Assembly: GCA_964016885.1 (NCBI GenBank)
Contig: OZ024744.1
Coordinates: 61,752,001-61,816,000 of the forward strand
DNA from: Eledone cirrhosa
Taxonomy: Eukaryota
Direction of reading: 5' to 3'
Length of the DNA stretch: 64,000 nt
The translations under genes and the position numbers were made by a program. The notes under the pieces were generated by a model, which saw only the letters and a program-made list of their open reading frames with translations, made no database searches and was not told the DNA's origin. Each line of letters opens with the position of its first letter. Within the stretch, counting starts at the first letter, position 1. Shown here piece by piece: positions 13,931-28,529 of the stretch.

Positions 13931-14409
13931 TAAATATATTTAAAAATTTTTTTTTTCCAAAGCAATCAGTGTTGCAATCAACTGACTGTAATCAGACATA
14001 AGCACTCCACAATATGGGTACCATAAGGTATTACCTATATGGTATCAATCAGAGTGTCAATATAATAAAAAAGAAGAGTGACGGAATCATGTATACATCC
14101 TCATTTTGTTATATCATCTTGTTATACACATTTCAAAGACATCAAAGTCATTGTGTAACAATTATTTGATATGTTGTCATCAGACAGGTTTTCAGGAGTA
14201 ATGTTATTTTGTTTTTGATATACTTGCCATAGTATGGAACTTGATGTTGGCTGTCTAGCTATAAGTGTGCATATGATGTTCAAACATTGGCAAGAAGCAG
14301 GTTAGAGGTGGGGTATACCGCTTGTTAGTAGTAGGTGGTGGAAGTAGGTCGTTAGACAAAAAGTGACAAGTTTCTATGAATATAGTTACTGCAAGTCAAG
14401 ATATTGTTG

Positions 14410-16055
14410 GGGGAAAGTGTGTTTGAAATAACACTGGTGCATTTAGATTCACTGATGCTCAAAAGAAAGAGGCCTGGAAATGTTATTATGAAAAGTTGAT
14501 GAATGTGGAGAATGAATGGGAGAAAGAGAGGCTACCCTCAGTTGACCCAACAGAGTGACCAGCCATTGAAATTAACAGTTATGGGATCAAAGAAACAGTC
14601 CAGAAGATAAAAAAAAATGGTAAAACCATTGGTTTATCAGAAGTAGTTGCTGAGATGCTGAAAGCATCTGGAGAAGTAGAAGTCAAACAAGTGATTTTCA
14701 TAAGCAGGTAATACATGATGGGGTCATACCCAATGACTGGTGCAGCAGTATAACCATTAATTGCAACAAGGGAAAAGGTGATGCACTAGAAAGAAACAAC
14801 TACAGGGGAATAGAATTAATGGACCAAGTTATGAAAGTGTCAGAAAGGATTCTAGTGCAACTACCATATAATATAAGCTGACCCCCTATTTTATGTCTGA
14901 GAAATAGGCAAAAATTTGAACCCTGTTTATAAACTGAGAAGTTTAGATGGTGTAGTTTTGGAATTCTTGTGAGTGGAGAAAATATGAAGTTTTAATATTT
15001 AGAATGTAGTGATGTTTTATCAATTTCTGACCAGTTTGAAGGCCATATTCATTCATAACACATGAAAAACAATAGGAAAAACAAATTTCACCTCCAAAGT
15101 GAAACCACTATATTCACCTCCAAAGTGAAATTATTTAACACCTTATTTTACGTAAATTTTAAAGTTGGTGAAAATCATCAAAACATTGATCTTGAACATA
15201 AGTCCCATTTTACCATCTTTTTTATTGTTTTTCTCATGAGTATATATGGTAATTAGAGAAAGAGTCAAATTATATGAGATGCAGTTTGGTTTTGTGCCAG
15301 GGTGGAGCTTTACAGACACCCTCTAGTTAGCAAGGCAACTATAAGACAGGCTCCTAATAAAATGTAAGCCACAATATATCTTGCTTATGTTCATCTGGAG
15401 CAGGCCTTTGACAGAGTACCATGATCTGTCATCTGGTGGTTCTTAAAGAAGCTAGGTGTAGAAGAATAGCTTGAATAGTGCAAGCCAAGTACAGAGGAGC
15501 TATCTGTAAAGTGAGAGTAGGGAGTAAGTATAGTTAGGAACTCCAAGTACAGGTAGGAGTGCATCAGGGTTTAGTCATCAACCCACTTTTGTTTATTATA
15601 GTTCTCCAGACCATAACCGAGGAGTTAAAGATGTCTGTGGAAAATCTGTAAGCTGATGATCTGGTTCTTATAGCTGAATCTGTGGAAGAATCTAGAGAAA
15701 AAATTCCAGCTGTGGTAACAATTCTTTCCTACTTACTAAAACCAAAGTTTTTAGTAAGTAGGAAAAAAATTGTGTATAAGAGGACTCAGATGTAGTGTGC
15801 AGGAGAGGAGACTGTGTCAATATGGACATGTGATACACATGGATGATGATCGCTGGGTGAAGAAGTGCCAAGAAATCCCAGTGGAAGGAAGCCGCACTAG
15901 AAGAAAACCAAGGAAGACCTGGGCTGAGGTGAGAACTGATGCCAAATTGCTGAAGCTCTCAGAAGAGAGGATGGAATGCAACAAGTGAAGGGATCCTATG
16001 TCGAAAAAGACCCAACCAACCTATGCAAGCATGGAAAAGCAGACATGATATAATG
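14410..16055 (+). mobile_element. Degraded RTE LINE ORF2 (RT to 3' end, internally deleted)
   Basis: KEAWKCYYEKLMNVENEW, KGKGDALERNNYRGIELM, EMQFGFVPG, VGVHQG, (Y)ADDLV and ERRLCQYGHV...RKPRKTW. Confidence 0.85.
14864..15249. mobile_element. TcMar/pogo-like MITE inserted in the RTE
   Basis: Ends TA|ccatata ... tatatgg|TA. Removing it restores the RTE reading LVQLIRERV. Confidence 0.75.
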
Positions 16056-16568
16056 ATGTGTACTTCTCTCTATATGCCGATTTATAAAGAGCCCAGAATC
16101 TGTTCCTTGAGCACATTAAATTATAGATATATATATATTTGATATATATATGTATGTATATACCATCATAATTGAATTATGTTTGCAACAAAAGGTTCAT
16201 TAGTGCAAGCTGTTTGTTAGTCATATCATCAGGTAAATATGTGATTAAATGGCAAAAAGTGATTTAGTAAAAGATATCGTGGGAAAGTGTGAGCTACGTT
16301 TGTCTGTCAACGAAACACTGAGCAAACATTCTAAAGTGAATGCCAACCTACACTCACGACTCTTGCTAAACTAACCACCATATTTGGCAAACTGAATGTG
16401 GACCACCCACTTTCCTAAACTCAGCAAACTGAAGACAGACTGCAACAACCCCCAAAGACATTATCAAGCAGCAGCTGTCACATTACATAGTTTCTATATA
16501 ATAAAGTTAATAAAACTATTACTATATATAGAAACACACATGTTGGTGACATACACAATAAAAGCACC

Positions 16569-16720
16569 CAGTGCTGGATTTAGGACAAATGAGGCCCTGT
16601 GCTAGTTAAGTTATGAGGCCACTTACTTGTAAAAAACTTTTTGGAAGGGAGATGGGCCTCCACTAGCCAATAGGGCCATGTGCTTAAGCACACCTAAGCA
16701 CAATGGTAAATCTGGCAATG
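16569..16720. mobile_element. hAT MITE inserted in a SINE
   Basis: TIRs cagtgctggattta / taaatctggcaatg and perfect 8-bp TSD aaagcacc. A sister copy lies at 29009-29170. Confidence 0.85.
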
Positions 16721-17172
16721 AAAGCACCCAATTCACACTATAAAGTTGTTGGTGTTAGAAAGACATTCTGCCGTAGAAAGCTTGCAAAACAAAAGGTTGG
16801 AAACACCCTCCGGTTGTATCAAAGACATGACAATCATATGCAGAATCATATGTAAAGTGAGATGTGAACCACCAGTCGTTCTGGGAGGTCAGTGGCCTCA
16901 CTTCTGTATAGACTTAGTCTGTGAAGACTCATTCAACCCTTGTTAGCAGAGATATTAAAAGATGATGGTGATGATCATGATAATAAAGAGCAAGTAACTC
17001 TGGTATGGAAATGAACTCAAACCCAGAGTTCATTTTGCAGTGAACTCTCTAACTTATCATGTTCACATATGTGCATGTGTGTGAGTGCATGTACATATCT
17101 ATGTTTGAATGTGTGTATATTCATTTGTGCACTTATATTTTCCTCACATGCGTTTGTTAAAACTGCTGGTGA

Positions 17173-17208
<36 letters not shown>

Positions 17209-17592
17209 ATGATATATGCATTCATATTTGTGTGTGTGTGTGTGTGTGTTCATGATATGTTTGTTTGTCCATATTTATGTTTGTATGCATATATATATAT
17301 ATATATATATTCATGTATATAGCGTGTGTTTGTGAAGTTCAGTCAGTACATCAGTCTGGTGGATGGGTCCTGGAGTGCTAGTCCCTCTCCCCCACCCCTG
17401 AATACCTGACCTGACTCCACCAACCCTACCACCACCACCACCATCTAAAACCTCTCACAGTACCTTTGAATTTTGAGAAGAATTACCCCTCCCCCCACAT
17501 TATACTCCAGCCCCACCCTGAAAAGCAGTCATGATCCACCTTACAAAATTTCTCTTGAAGGTTTCATAGAGAAATTATATATATTATACACT

Positions 17593-17760
<168 letters not shown>

Positions 17761-19488
17761 AAAAATGCACCATGAGGCAATGTAAACATAGGGGACAGAC
17801 AAGTACATCCCTGTCATCAGCTATTGTATATGTTTATGTATATATATATATTGGGTGGGTGAGGGTCATGTTTTTCCCAACTAATAATACAGTCACTACA
17901 CATTATTATATTGGCTCAGTGTTACATTGAAATGTTCTCTCTCTCTCTCACACACACACAAACACACACACATATGTACACTTTTATCTCACCTGCCTGT
18001 TGTTGGACAGTAGAGCAGCACTATATATAATCTTATTCTGTTCTGTAAACTATAGAATTAATAACAGTGTAAGGCAGTGCCACATTTGAGGTACTTCGGT
18101 GCAAAAATAACAACGAAAAAAAAGAACTGAAAAAAGAAACTAACTTTCATGCATAATAATTTACCTACTTCTCACCACCACCACCACCACCACCACCACC
18201 ACCACCACTACAGGTGCCTTCATTCTAACCACTATACACAATTGTCAATACCAGCACCACCACCGCCACAACCACCACAAACACCATTATTATCACACCC
18301 ACCACCACTGTCACCCCACATCATTCCCACTACACACCCTCCACTACCACTACTACAATGATCCTCTGGATGATCACTCACTCTGGTTGAAATAGCAGCT
18401 AACTCTCCCTCAAATCATACTCCACTCATCTGAGTAAAGGACATGTTGGATAATGTGGTCCTCCTACAGATAGGGAAAAAAATGGAATGGTCATAAGTGG
18501 AATGTCTTTGATTATAGGATTGTTAGATCAGGGTTGATATAAGATTAAACAGTAACACCAACTAAAACAAGGATTTTTCACATGGTCGTCTGAAATGCAA
18601 GAATTAACAGCTAAATCTCTCTGAAACAAGACTGTACTGTCTTTTAAAAAAATTACACATTGGATCAGGGGCGGTGGAAGCATTTCTGAATGGGGGGGGG
18701 GGGGGGGGCAAATTTGGTCAATTTAATTGCAGTGATTAGTTTAGCTGTTATTATCAAATATCAACCAAGATATAAAAAAATTTAGATATGCGATAAACAT
18801 AACATGTACATAAATTGTAGCGTATATACAAATAGATGTGTGTTTTAGTAGTTTAGAGATAAAAATATAATTATTGGAGGGTGGGGCAGTACCACCACCT
18901 CTGTAGATAATAGGATTCAAAATACACTATGCCAGAGATAGTGGTGATGGTGGTGATGGTGGAAGACAGGATGTTCATAACGGGAATGTCTCTGATTACA
19001 GGTTATATTGATCAGTGCTGAGTTGGGGAAGGGGCAAAGGCTTAACAACAAGACAACCACCTCATTCATTCAATCAAGTGTACCTCACTCTACTTGGTGG
19101 GCTTCTGCTGATTCAATGGTCAACCCAAGGCTCTGGTAGAAGACACCTGTCCAAAGTGGGACACTGTGGGAAAGAATCCCCAAAACACATGGTTGCAAAA
19201 CAAATTCCTTAATCAGACAGTCATACCTGTGTCTAATGTGTTTTTAGTTGGCTGGGACTGTTGTGAAAAAGTGCCTGGTCATTAACTATCAAACAATGAA
19301 GCCATAAAATTTAACAATGTTCATTTATTCATTTTTCCTGTTTAACCATTTTAGTATCAAAAGCTGGGAAATGTTTTAAAAAATAATAAAAATTGGTTAA
19401 TAAAGTGGGAGAGTATTTTCATTTTGGATATGTTAAATGAAATTATAAGAAAAAAATTTAAAACAAAGAAGTTATTTTGTATACTATA

Positions 19489-19522
<34 letters not shown>

Positions 19523-19621
19523 CAAATATATTACACATTTGTATTTGAGCTCAGTTGAAAATTCTTCTTTGAGCTAATATTATTATTACTGTGAACTGCG
19601 GAATACTCTAATTCCGATCCT

Positions 19622-19693
<72 letters not shown>

Positions 19694-19769
19694 AAAGAGG
19701 GTGTGGTAAGATACCAGGTGGACCATAATGCACCAGAGTACTCAATACTTAGGGTAGTAGAGTGGGTAA

Positions 19770-19929
19770 TAGGAAAAGATTCAGGACCCTGACGGCTGAG
19801 CTCCAGCCCTTTCGACAACTAGATCCAAACTAAGTCACCAGTATTAGAACGGCGGGAATCTAGCTGAACTTAGCATATGGACTGTACCCCTTGCTAAGTT
19901 CTGCCGTTGGGGTCCTGACTCTTTTCCTA
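19770..19929. mobile_element. Small TIR element (TAGGAAAAGA...TCTTTTCCTA) in a (TA)n context
   Basis: About 33-bp imperfect TIRs. The same terminus recurs at 34638-34693. Confidence 0.6.
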
Positions 19930-19964
19930 TATATAAATAAATATATATATATATGTGTGTGTGT

Positions 19965-20080
19965 GAAGGCATGTGGCTGAGTGGTTAGAGAATTGGATTC
20001 GCAATCGTAAGGTTGTGAGTTCGATTCCTGGACCAGGTGATGCATTATGTCCTTGAGCAAGACACTTTATTTCACGTTGT
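19965..20080 (+). mobile_element. tRNA-derived SINE 5' half
   Basis: tggctgagtgg (A box), gttcgattcc (B box) and tgtccttgagcaagacactttatttca. Confidence 0.75.
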
Positions 20081-20464
20081 TCCTTCTAACTGAAGTTGTG
20101 ACCGATAGATAGTATTAACAATTGGAAAGACCTACGGAAACATAGTTTCCTCGGTCCAATTTGATGAAAGTTGATCAACTGTCGATATATATATAAATAG
20201 TATATATATATATATGTATATGTAGATATATGTGTGTATATATATGTATATATATGTGTATATACTTCGTTTTTGAATTTGTTTTGCAAGATTTCTCATC
20301 TGAAAACGTGTGTTGAAACAGATATTGTTATACTTTGGGAGGGTCATGCTGCCAATAAAAACACATGCACCTCTTGATTTTCACTTCAATTTATTATAAA
20401 TTTTCGGTTGGTTGGATGGTTGGTTCAATAACTGGATGGTTGTTTATATATTGTCAAAGTTCTT

Positions 20465-20617
20465 TCGTCACACATTCTGTGACCTCCTCAGTTACTGGGT
20501 TTTTATTTTGTGTCTCTCCTTTGTTCTGTCCTATACTAAACAAGATGCTGTAGGGCAGAACAAAGGAGAGACAAAATAAAAACCCAGTCACTGAAGAGGT
20601 CACAGAATGTGTGATGA
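20465..20617. repeat. Near-perfect hairpin with about 68-bp arms
   Basis: tcgtcacacattctgtgacctc...ttgttctgtcctata pairs with tgtagggcagaacaa...gaggtcacagaatgtgtgatga. Confidence 0.9.
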
Positions 20618-21436
20618 TTGTTTCTTGTTGTTTAGCAGCTATCAAGGTTAATGTCCATTTTCCATACTTGTTCTATTAGAGGCAAGTCGGGTCAGGTGAC
20701 CTTGTCTTGTTTCTGGCTAGATTTCTATGGCTAAATTCCCTTCCTAATGCCAACCACATTTACAATGTGTGCTGGGTGCTTTTTGTCATGACTCCTACAT
20801 GACTTTACAGTGTGGGCTGTGATACCAACATAACTTCACAGCGTAAGGGTGGTGTGGACAGAAGTGGGCAGGTGTTTGGGCACGGGAGGTGTATAGAAGG
20901 GGGTATAGTGGTTATATATAATATATAATCAGTTTATGTCTACTTTCTACATTAGTATACACTAGATAGCAGTCACATGCCCTTCCTAACACCGACTACT
21001 TGCAAGGTTTACTGGTCATGCTTTTCGTGGTGTAGCGACTACAACTTTGAGTGAATTGGATACATTTTATCATGGCACCAATACTAACACTTTACAGGGT
21101 GTTGTGGGTATATTTTATTGTGGTAGCATCAATAGAGAGGTTGTCACATGCATAGCCAGACTGAAAGTTTTTTCAAACCATGTCATATATTGTTTCCATT
21201 CAGTTGTTATATACTGTAGGTTCTGGTCTCTTACCACATTTACTTATAATGTTGTAGTACTTGTATTGGTGGATGTGGTCTTTTGTTTTATGCCATATTG
21301 CTAGTCAGCACAGTCCAATATCATCTCCTTCATGAGAATAAGTTTCTTGGGGTCATTCTTCACAACTTCGTCCTATGTCTTCTTTGGTTTTCACTTCGAA
21401 TGCATACCACTTTTTTATACAACTCACACTCATATA

Positions 21437-22625
21437 TACAAGGTGCTGGATGTCAGAGAACTTCTTTGACCACACTGCATCTGACATTTGACCTCACAAC
21501 TCACCTGACTGCAATCCTCTCAACTTCTTTGTGTAAGGTGCAGTGGAACAAGAGATCAACAGATCCATGCAGTATGAGCTGAGTGCCAGGATCACTAGGG
21601 CTTTCAGAGGCCTAAGTTGGGAGACAATGAAGAAAGCCTGTGGTCAGTTCTGAGGCCACCTCAAGGCTGTCATTGAAGCCAAAGGCGGGTTCATCAAGTG
21701 AGACTGACAGAACATGTGAAGACAAATTTTGGAGAATATATCTAAAAAATAAAAATAAAAGCACTGTTTTTTCTTCTCAGACAGTGACCTGGTATTGCAG
21801 GGTCCCGAGTCTTGCTGTCACATGCACAGCCTCCCTGCAGCTACCTGGTCAATCCCGGGTTTCACCACCTCACTCAGAACATGGATATAGCCATCGGTGT
21901 TCAGTCTGAGGCCCTCAGGAAAGAAGTGGGGTGGCATGATGACACTGAAGCCATGATTGTCTCTGGAAACTTTGTCTGTATGACTCTGGGCACATCCTTG
22001 GATGAGAAAGCAAGCCACCTCTTGTTCTGGGAGTTGATCTTTTGTTCTTGGCAGTTCTTCTCATCGAAGAAGAACCACAGCATGCCTGGCTCCAGTGGGT
22101 GTTTCAACTTGTTGAGAAGCTTCTTGATGTGTTTGAGTCACTTTTCCTGCATCACCTTGGACAAAAATTGTCCCTTCCTCATCTTGTATGAAAACTAGTG
22201 AATGTCCTCATGCACCATTAGCCTGATGAGCTTTTTCCCTTGACTTGTTGGGATCATTGTTGATGATCTCCTCCTGGACTTCAGCGACAAACTCCGGCGT
22301 TCTGACAGCGACAGATCGTTGATCACGTATTTTCCTCTCTGTTGTTCTTTCTTGTCGAATCCTGAATCTTCCAGCTTCTTTCCAACTTTTTCTACCATCA
22401 TTCTGCTGACGCTGAGGAAGTCTGAAATCTTCTTGTTTGTCCTTCCATTGTGGAGTCCAAGCTTCTTTCACAAATTGAGGAATTCAAAATTGCCCATAGT
22501 CAACTATTCTGCAAAAATTGAATGCAAAAATGGTTATTGTTTTCAAGCAAAAAATGACCGAGAGTAAAAGTTAAAAAAATATGCATAAAATTAGTAGTTG
22601 CGAACAAATACCATCTACACTCTGT
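21437..22625 (-). pseudogene. Tc1/mariner (maT/DD37D-like) transposase relic with inverted 3' half
   Basis: Minus strand: WFFFDEK, QTKFP, MPPHFF, QQDSGPCNT. Plus strand 21437-21701: NSPDCNPLNFFV*GAVE...KAVIEAKGGFIK*. Confidence 0.8.
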
Positions 22626-23479
22626 ATATCATCATCATCATCATCATCATCACTGTTTAACATCTATTTTCCATTCTTACATGTGTGTGATTGGTCAGGT
22701 ACCTAGGTCCTGCTAGCACTCTTTGTTTTAGCTAGGTTTCTATGGTCGATGCCCTTCCTAATGCAAACTGATTTGCAGTGTGTACTTTGAGTATTTTATT
22801 GTGACTCTGACACATCCACCTTACAGGGTGGACAAGGTACTTTTGTCATGGCACCTCATTACAACACTTAAGATGCTCAGTGACCTTGGTCTTGCTGGGA
22901 AGGCATTGTTTAGTGTTCAGGCTGGGTTACAGACATTGTACTGTTGGTGGGAATCTGGTTATGGAGGCAGCCAGGAAGCAAGTAGATGGTCTGACATACT
23001 GTGTGATGTGCCTGGCTTCTCTTAAAAAGTGGGCATTTATATGCTGCTTGCAGTGGGGGTAGGGGCACTGGATCATGGGTATGATGTTGAAGCAGGTGGT
23101 GAGTGGAGTCTGTCATTTTGGGCTGTGCCTGGCTTTCCTGAGTTAGGAAAGTGTTGGGGGCACAAAGGTTCAGCAGAGAAGGTGAATCAGTTAAGATTTA
23201 TTCTTGCTCTCTATGCTAGCATGGGCTGGGTGAAGATGTCAGGAGTATATTAGCAGACAAGGACCTGAGAGTTGTTCTATCTCTCTGTTTCTTTGGGTTT
23301 ATGGGGAGGAAAAAATATCAGGAGCATGCTGAATTCAAGAGTATACTGGCAGATGAGAGGTGGGACCTGAGTGCTATACCCCCTCTCTGATTCTTCACAT
23401 TTAGGATGGAGGTGAGTAGGTGATTAGTCATCTTCCATGTGGTTTCATTCCCTGTATTGAATATTGCCAGTTTTCTCAA

Positions 23480-24090
23480 TCTTGGGTCATCTCTTTTGTG
23501 GAGTTCAGCTGCATGAAATTGACCTTCACTACATCATCTCACGTTTTCTAAGGTCATCTCCTTCCAAACATACATTTGATTTCAAGTGCCCTGCATTTCT
23601 TTATGCAGCTGTCATACATATTACATCTCCATACCATCACAGTCTTTTAAGCCCAGTTTTTCTCTCAGCTCATTGGTGCTTTGTTACTCATGTATATTAC
23701 TATTACATATTCTTTGGAGCATGCTCACCTCATTTCTTTCCAATCTCCTATGTCCTCTATACACAAAGCCCAAGTATCACTTCCATGTAACATTGCTGTT
23801 CACATAAAAGCATCATATAATCTACCTTTCAGTCTGAGGGAGAGATCATTTGTAGTTAGTAGTGGTAGTAGCTCCTTGTACTTTTTCCATCCCGTTCTCA
23901 CTTTGGCTACTGCAATTTCAGAACACCCACCTCCACTGCTAATTTGGTCACCCAGGTAACAGAAGCTGTCAACTACCTCTATGGAGCCATCTGAGCACTT
24001 GATAAGGCTTGTTTCCTGTGAGCTCTTGTAACTTACTGATCCTTTGCATTGGCTACATACAAAGCCTACATTCTTTGCTAGCCTGCCTGC
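23480..24090 (-). mobile_element. RTE LINE ORF2 fragment
   Basis: GFVCSQC...VDSFCYLGDQISSGGGCSE...GWKKYKELLPLLT...KGRLYDA. Confidence 0.85.
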
Positions 24091-24576
24091 CAACATGGAC
24101 ATGATAGCAGCCTGCACAGCATTGCTCAGAATGTTCACTGAAATCACCACTGTGATTACAAAGTCAACATAGCATTTCCATTACTCTATATTTACTATTG
24201 TATTTTCACAGTAAAGGCTTTACCTCACATAATTATCTCAAATAATATCAAATCTGAGATTTTGATATTATTTATTTTGAGAACAATACCTTAACATCAG
24301 TATGAGTGGCCTGTTATGGCCAGTTTGGACAGAAAAAGGTGAGAGAATTCTGGAGCCAGTTTAAAGAAGTGGTCTGTATAAGAGTCTCATAAAAGTGGTC
24401 TTTCAGTTCATTTGTCATTAGACCAGTCAAAGCTAATGATTCTATCACTCATCCTAACCACATCAGTTACCTTGTCTACCCTTTTTTCTGATAGCAGGAT
24501 ACCTACACCTTCCAGTCCAACATCATTGCCTATCCAGAAGAACTATATCATCATCAGCGGCAGCATCACTGTTTAA

Positions 24577-24783
24577 CCTTTACCATTTACATTATTCTAT
24601 ATTTACTATTGTATTTTTATGGTAAACACTTTATTTCACATAATATTGAATCTATGAGATTTTGATGTTATTTATTTTGAGAACAATACCTTAACATAAG
24701 TATGAGCAGCTGGTTATGGCTGGTTGGAACAGAAAGAGGTGAGAGAATTCTGGCCAGATATGGCCAGTTTAAATGTTAAAGAG
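24577..24783. mobile_element. piggyBac-like MITE
   Basis: TTAA on both sides with cctttacc ... aaagag ends. Same family at 24170-24350, 26408-26593 and 50044-50263. Confidence 0.7.
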
Positions 24784-25569
24784 TTAACGTGTATTTTTTC
24801 ACGCTTGCATGAGTTAGTAGGATTGTCACATTATGAGACAATTCATACAGATTTGTATTCCTTCTACAGCTGGATGCCCTTCCTAACATCAACCATGTTA
24901 TGGTATGGACTGGGTACTTTTTATCGTGGCACCAAAACACCTATCTAACAAGGTGAATTGGGTGTTTTTTGTTGTGTCACCAGCACAACCATCTTGCAGG
25001 GTGGACTGGGTGCTTTGTTGTTGTAGCACAAAAAGAGATGGATAACAAAAATAAGTACAGGGGTTGATATGATGAATGAAAAAAGTCCCTTTAAGGTGGT
25101 GCCTCAGCTTGAAAACAGTAAAGAAAAAAAATAAAAGAATACAGTTCTCTAAATCAAATGCAATGTTTTCTAGTGGTAAATATCTTAGACATGTTTTTTC
25201 CAAATTTGTTATTTAATTTTTTAATTAAATTTTGTTTATTTCTGTTTGATTTTTTTAATTTATTTTTTACTTTTTTAATATTTGTTTTTGTTTTAATCTT
25301 TTTTTATTATTTTATACTCCCATACACACCCACACACACATACACATATAAACACCCACTTACACTCACACACACAAACACTCATACACACACACTTACA
25401 TATATTTGTTTTATGAGAAAGTCAAACAATAGTATCACCATGACTAGAATCCAAATAAAAATTGTTTTATGCTTGACTTGTTGCACCTGAGAGGAGAAAC
25501 ACCTGGATGGAGATGTTTGTTGAGAATTAAAATCTTCCTCTATAAACTCTTCTTGTAATTTAGCACCAT

Positions 25570-26320
25570 TAATCCTTTTGATACCAAATCACACTTAAGC
25601 CATTCCAGGTTCTACAATACAAAGCTGTCTATTTTAAAGTGTTCATAATTATATTTAAGAAACTTTATTATCTTACCTTCTAAATACCAACTTAATTTTT
25701 GAGAAAGTTAGTTATGATGCTAAGTCTCTCTAATTTTTTTTTATTATTTCCAAAATTATTTGACAGTCATTAGTAGTGTCTTTCATCAGAAATATAGTAA
25801 CAGAAGATTTAACTTGTTTATATTTATCTAAACACCTTTCATCATAACTTTAGATAAGAACCATTGTTAAGCTATGTTCCAAACAACAGCTTAATAATGC
25901 AAAAGTTACTAAATTTCTCAAAATTCTATGATATAAAGCTGTTTATTTTTAAGTGTTTATCTAAAAAATTTCCATCATTATTTTTTGTAAGAAACTTTAA
26001 ATTATGTTCCAAATTCCAATTTGATAACAAGAAAATTAGTTATATTATTACTAAATCCCTTCAAATACATGATTATTTTCAGAATTGAAAACCAAAGGCA
26101 GAAATATGGTAATGAAAGGGTTAAAGTGTTTATATTTATCTAAAAACCTTCCATTATAATTTTATATAAGAATCTTTGTTGAGTTATGTTCCAAACACCA
26201 GCTTAATTATGAAAAAAGTTAGTTATATTACTAAATCCATTTCAAATACTCGATTATTTTCAGAATTATTTGAGAATCATAAACTGTCTTTCATTAGAAA
26301 TAAGAAAAAATAAAGATTAG
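25570..26320. mobile_element. Cluster of piggyBac-like MITE copies (second family), locally reiterated
   Basis: Repeated blocks ttatgttccaaa...ttactaaatcc...gattattttcagaatt, with an aaagggttaa terminus near 26116-26124. Confidence 0.5.
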
Positions 26321-28529
26321 TGACTTCCATTTTTACTGGTTCATTCAATCCAATACTTAATTACAAAGTATTACTGATTAACACTTTCATGATCATATTT
26401 CTTATTAGCCCTTTAGAATTCTCTCACCTCTTTCTGTTTAAACCGGCCACTCATACTGACGTTAAGGTATTGTTCTCAAAATTAATAACATCAAAATCTC
26501 GTAGATTCAATATTATGTGAGATAATTATGTGAGGTAAAAGCCTTTACTGTGAAAATACAATAGTATATATAGAGTAATGTGAATGGTAAAGGGTCAAAT
26601 ATACATTATTCTATTTAATGGGATTTATTGAAATTATCATTTCATTATTAAAATGGCAACATAACAAAAGTTCATACCATATGTACTCATATAAAAGTCA
26701 AATATTTTAGACCAATTTAAAAAAATTTAAATTGATAGGATCAACTATTACATAGATTCTACTTTTGAAGGGCTAAAATTCATTTTAGAATTCAAAATAC
26801 CTACTAGTATTAGAAGCACAAATATCTAAACAAAAAAAACAAAAAAAAAACAATGAATTACAGTAATAATACCAATTTTATACGTCAAATTAGATGTTCT
26901 ATTAAATAATAGCAACCATATATAATACATTTTGGGTTAGGTGTTATCCAAATCTGTGTTTGCATTTGCGAATAGTAGGCAGATTATGTGTTCCACTCTC
27001 ATAAAATTTAAGTTCATATAATTAAGCCCCTATTCAAAAATATGGTAATTATGGTGAAAAAAATGCATATTGACCTAACTTATATAAGAAATGATGGTGT
27101 AATATATTGATCCTGTAATATGATAATACATTGTTAATAAATTTTGGCTTGGACCTAGCTATCGAATTGAATCAAATTGATCAACAAGATCTCAGACCTC
27201 ATTCGTTTACCCAGTGGGGTGGAACTCGTCAAGTTGGACCAAGGAAATAACGTTTTCATTGGTCTTTCCATTGCTGATACTATCTACCAATCACAACTCC
27301 TGGCAGAAAGAGCAACATGAAAAATGTCATGCTTAAGGACATAACACATTGCCCGGTTCAGGAGTTGAACTCACAATTTTAAAATTGTGAATCCAGTTCT
27401 CTAAACTCTAAGCTATGTTTCTACTCATAACTGTTTATATCTGCAAACAACAAGTAGACAAAGTGTTAAGGCTTTCATAATTTTATGGTAAGTTACAATA
27501 ATTGTTAAGTACCCATTCTGGATATTGTAATTATAGAGAAATAAATGCAGTTCCTGCAACTGGTGCAGCCAGTCTTTGAGGTGCCACTCTAGACATTTGA
27601 CTGTATATCCAGTATGGCATTTCAGTGAACCTTAGAAAAGCTTGGCAGTGCTTATTTCCTCTCAAAGCACTCAATCCCCCACTAAGTTTAGCCTGTCTCT
27701 AGAAGTACTTACTAGGGTTTGGCTGGAAAAGGCCCTGGAATAAGAGCTAGAAGTAATAGTCAGGTGAGAATCAGTGCAACAGTCCATTCCTACAATCCCA
27801 CTGCCAGACATCAATGTATTCTCATTACCTGAATACCTGGGTTTTGAGATCAGGGATAACAGTATGTCTGGTATTGTAATAAGGCTTCTTCAAATCATTT
27901 GACTCTAATTCCAAAGAGGCATTAAATAACGTTATGTCCAGTATTGAAATAACATTTCTTTAAATCATGACACTCTACTTTCAAAGAGACAATGGATAAT
28001 AATACATTTAGTTTTCAAATAATGGTTCTTTAAATCTTGGTTCAGTATTGAAATAATGTTTCTGTAAATCATTTCACTTTTTCAAAGAGACAGTGGGTAA
28101 TTGTATATCCAGCTTCAAAATAATGTTTATTAAAATATATTGAAATATTATCATCCTCATCATGATTATGGGTAAGAAAGGCTGTCATGTTATGAGGCCA
28201 GATAAGTCAGCTGGCCATGTCTTGCTCATACATTCCGTTTTTGGCTTAGCTTTCTTTCGCTGGATGCCCTTCCTAATGTCAATCACATCACAGCAGGGAC
28301 TGGGTGCTTTTTTGTGGCACCAGTACAACCACCTTACAGAGTGGATAAAGTGGCTTTTATCAGTATAACCCCTTTACAGGGTGAACAGTGCTTTTTATCA
28401 TGGCACAAGCACTACAACTTTACAGGCTGGACTAGGTGCTTTTTATCATGACACCAATGCTATGTCATTATGTTATTTAGATGCTCGTTGTGTCTTTGAT
28501 CCAGCTGGGGAGGCAATGATTAGAATAAG

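Noticed and set aside
19965-20040. tRNA genes here and at 30417, 57401 and 62930-63004
   Set aside because: A and B boxes are present, but there is no proper acceptor stem and each continues into a SINE core.
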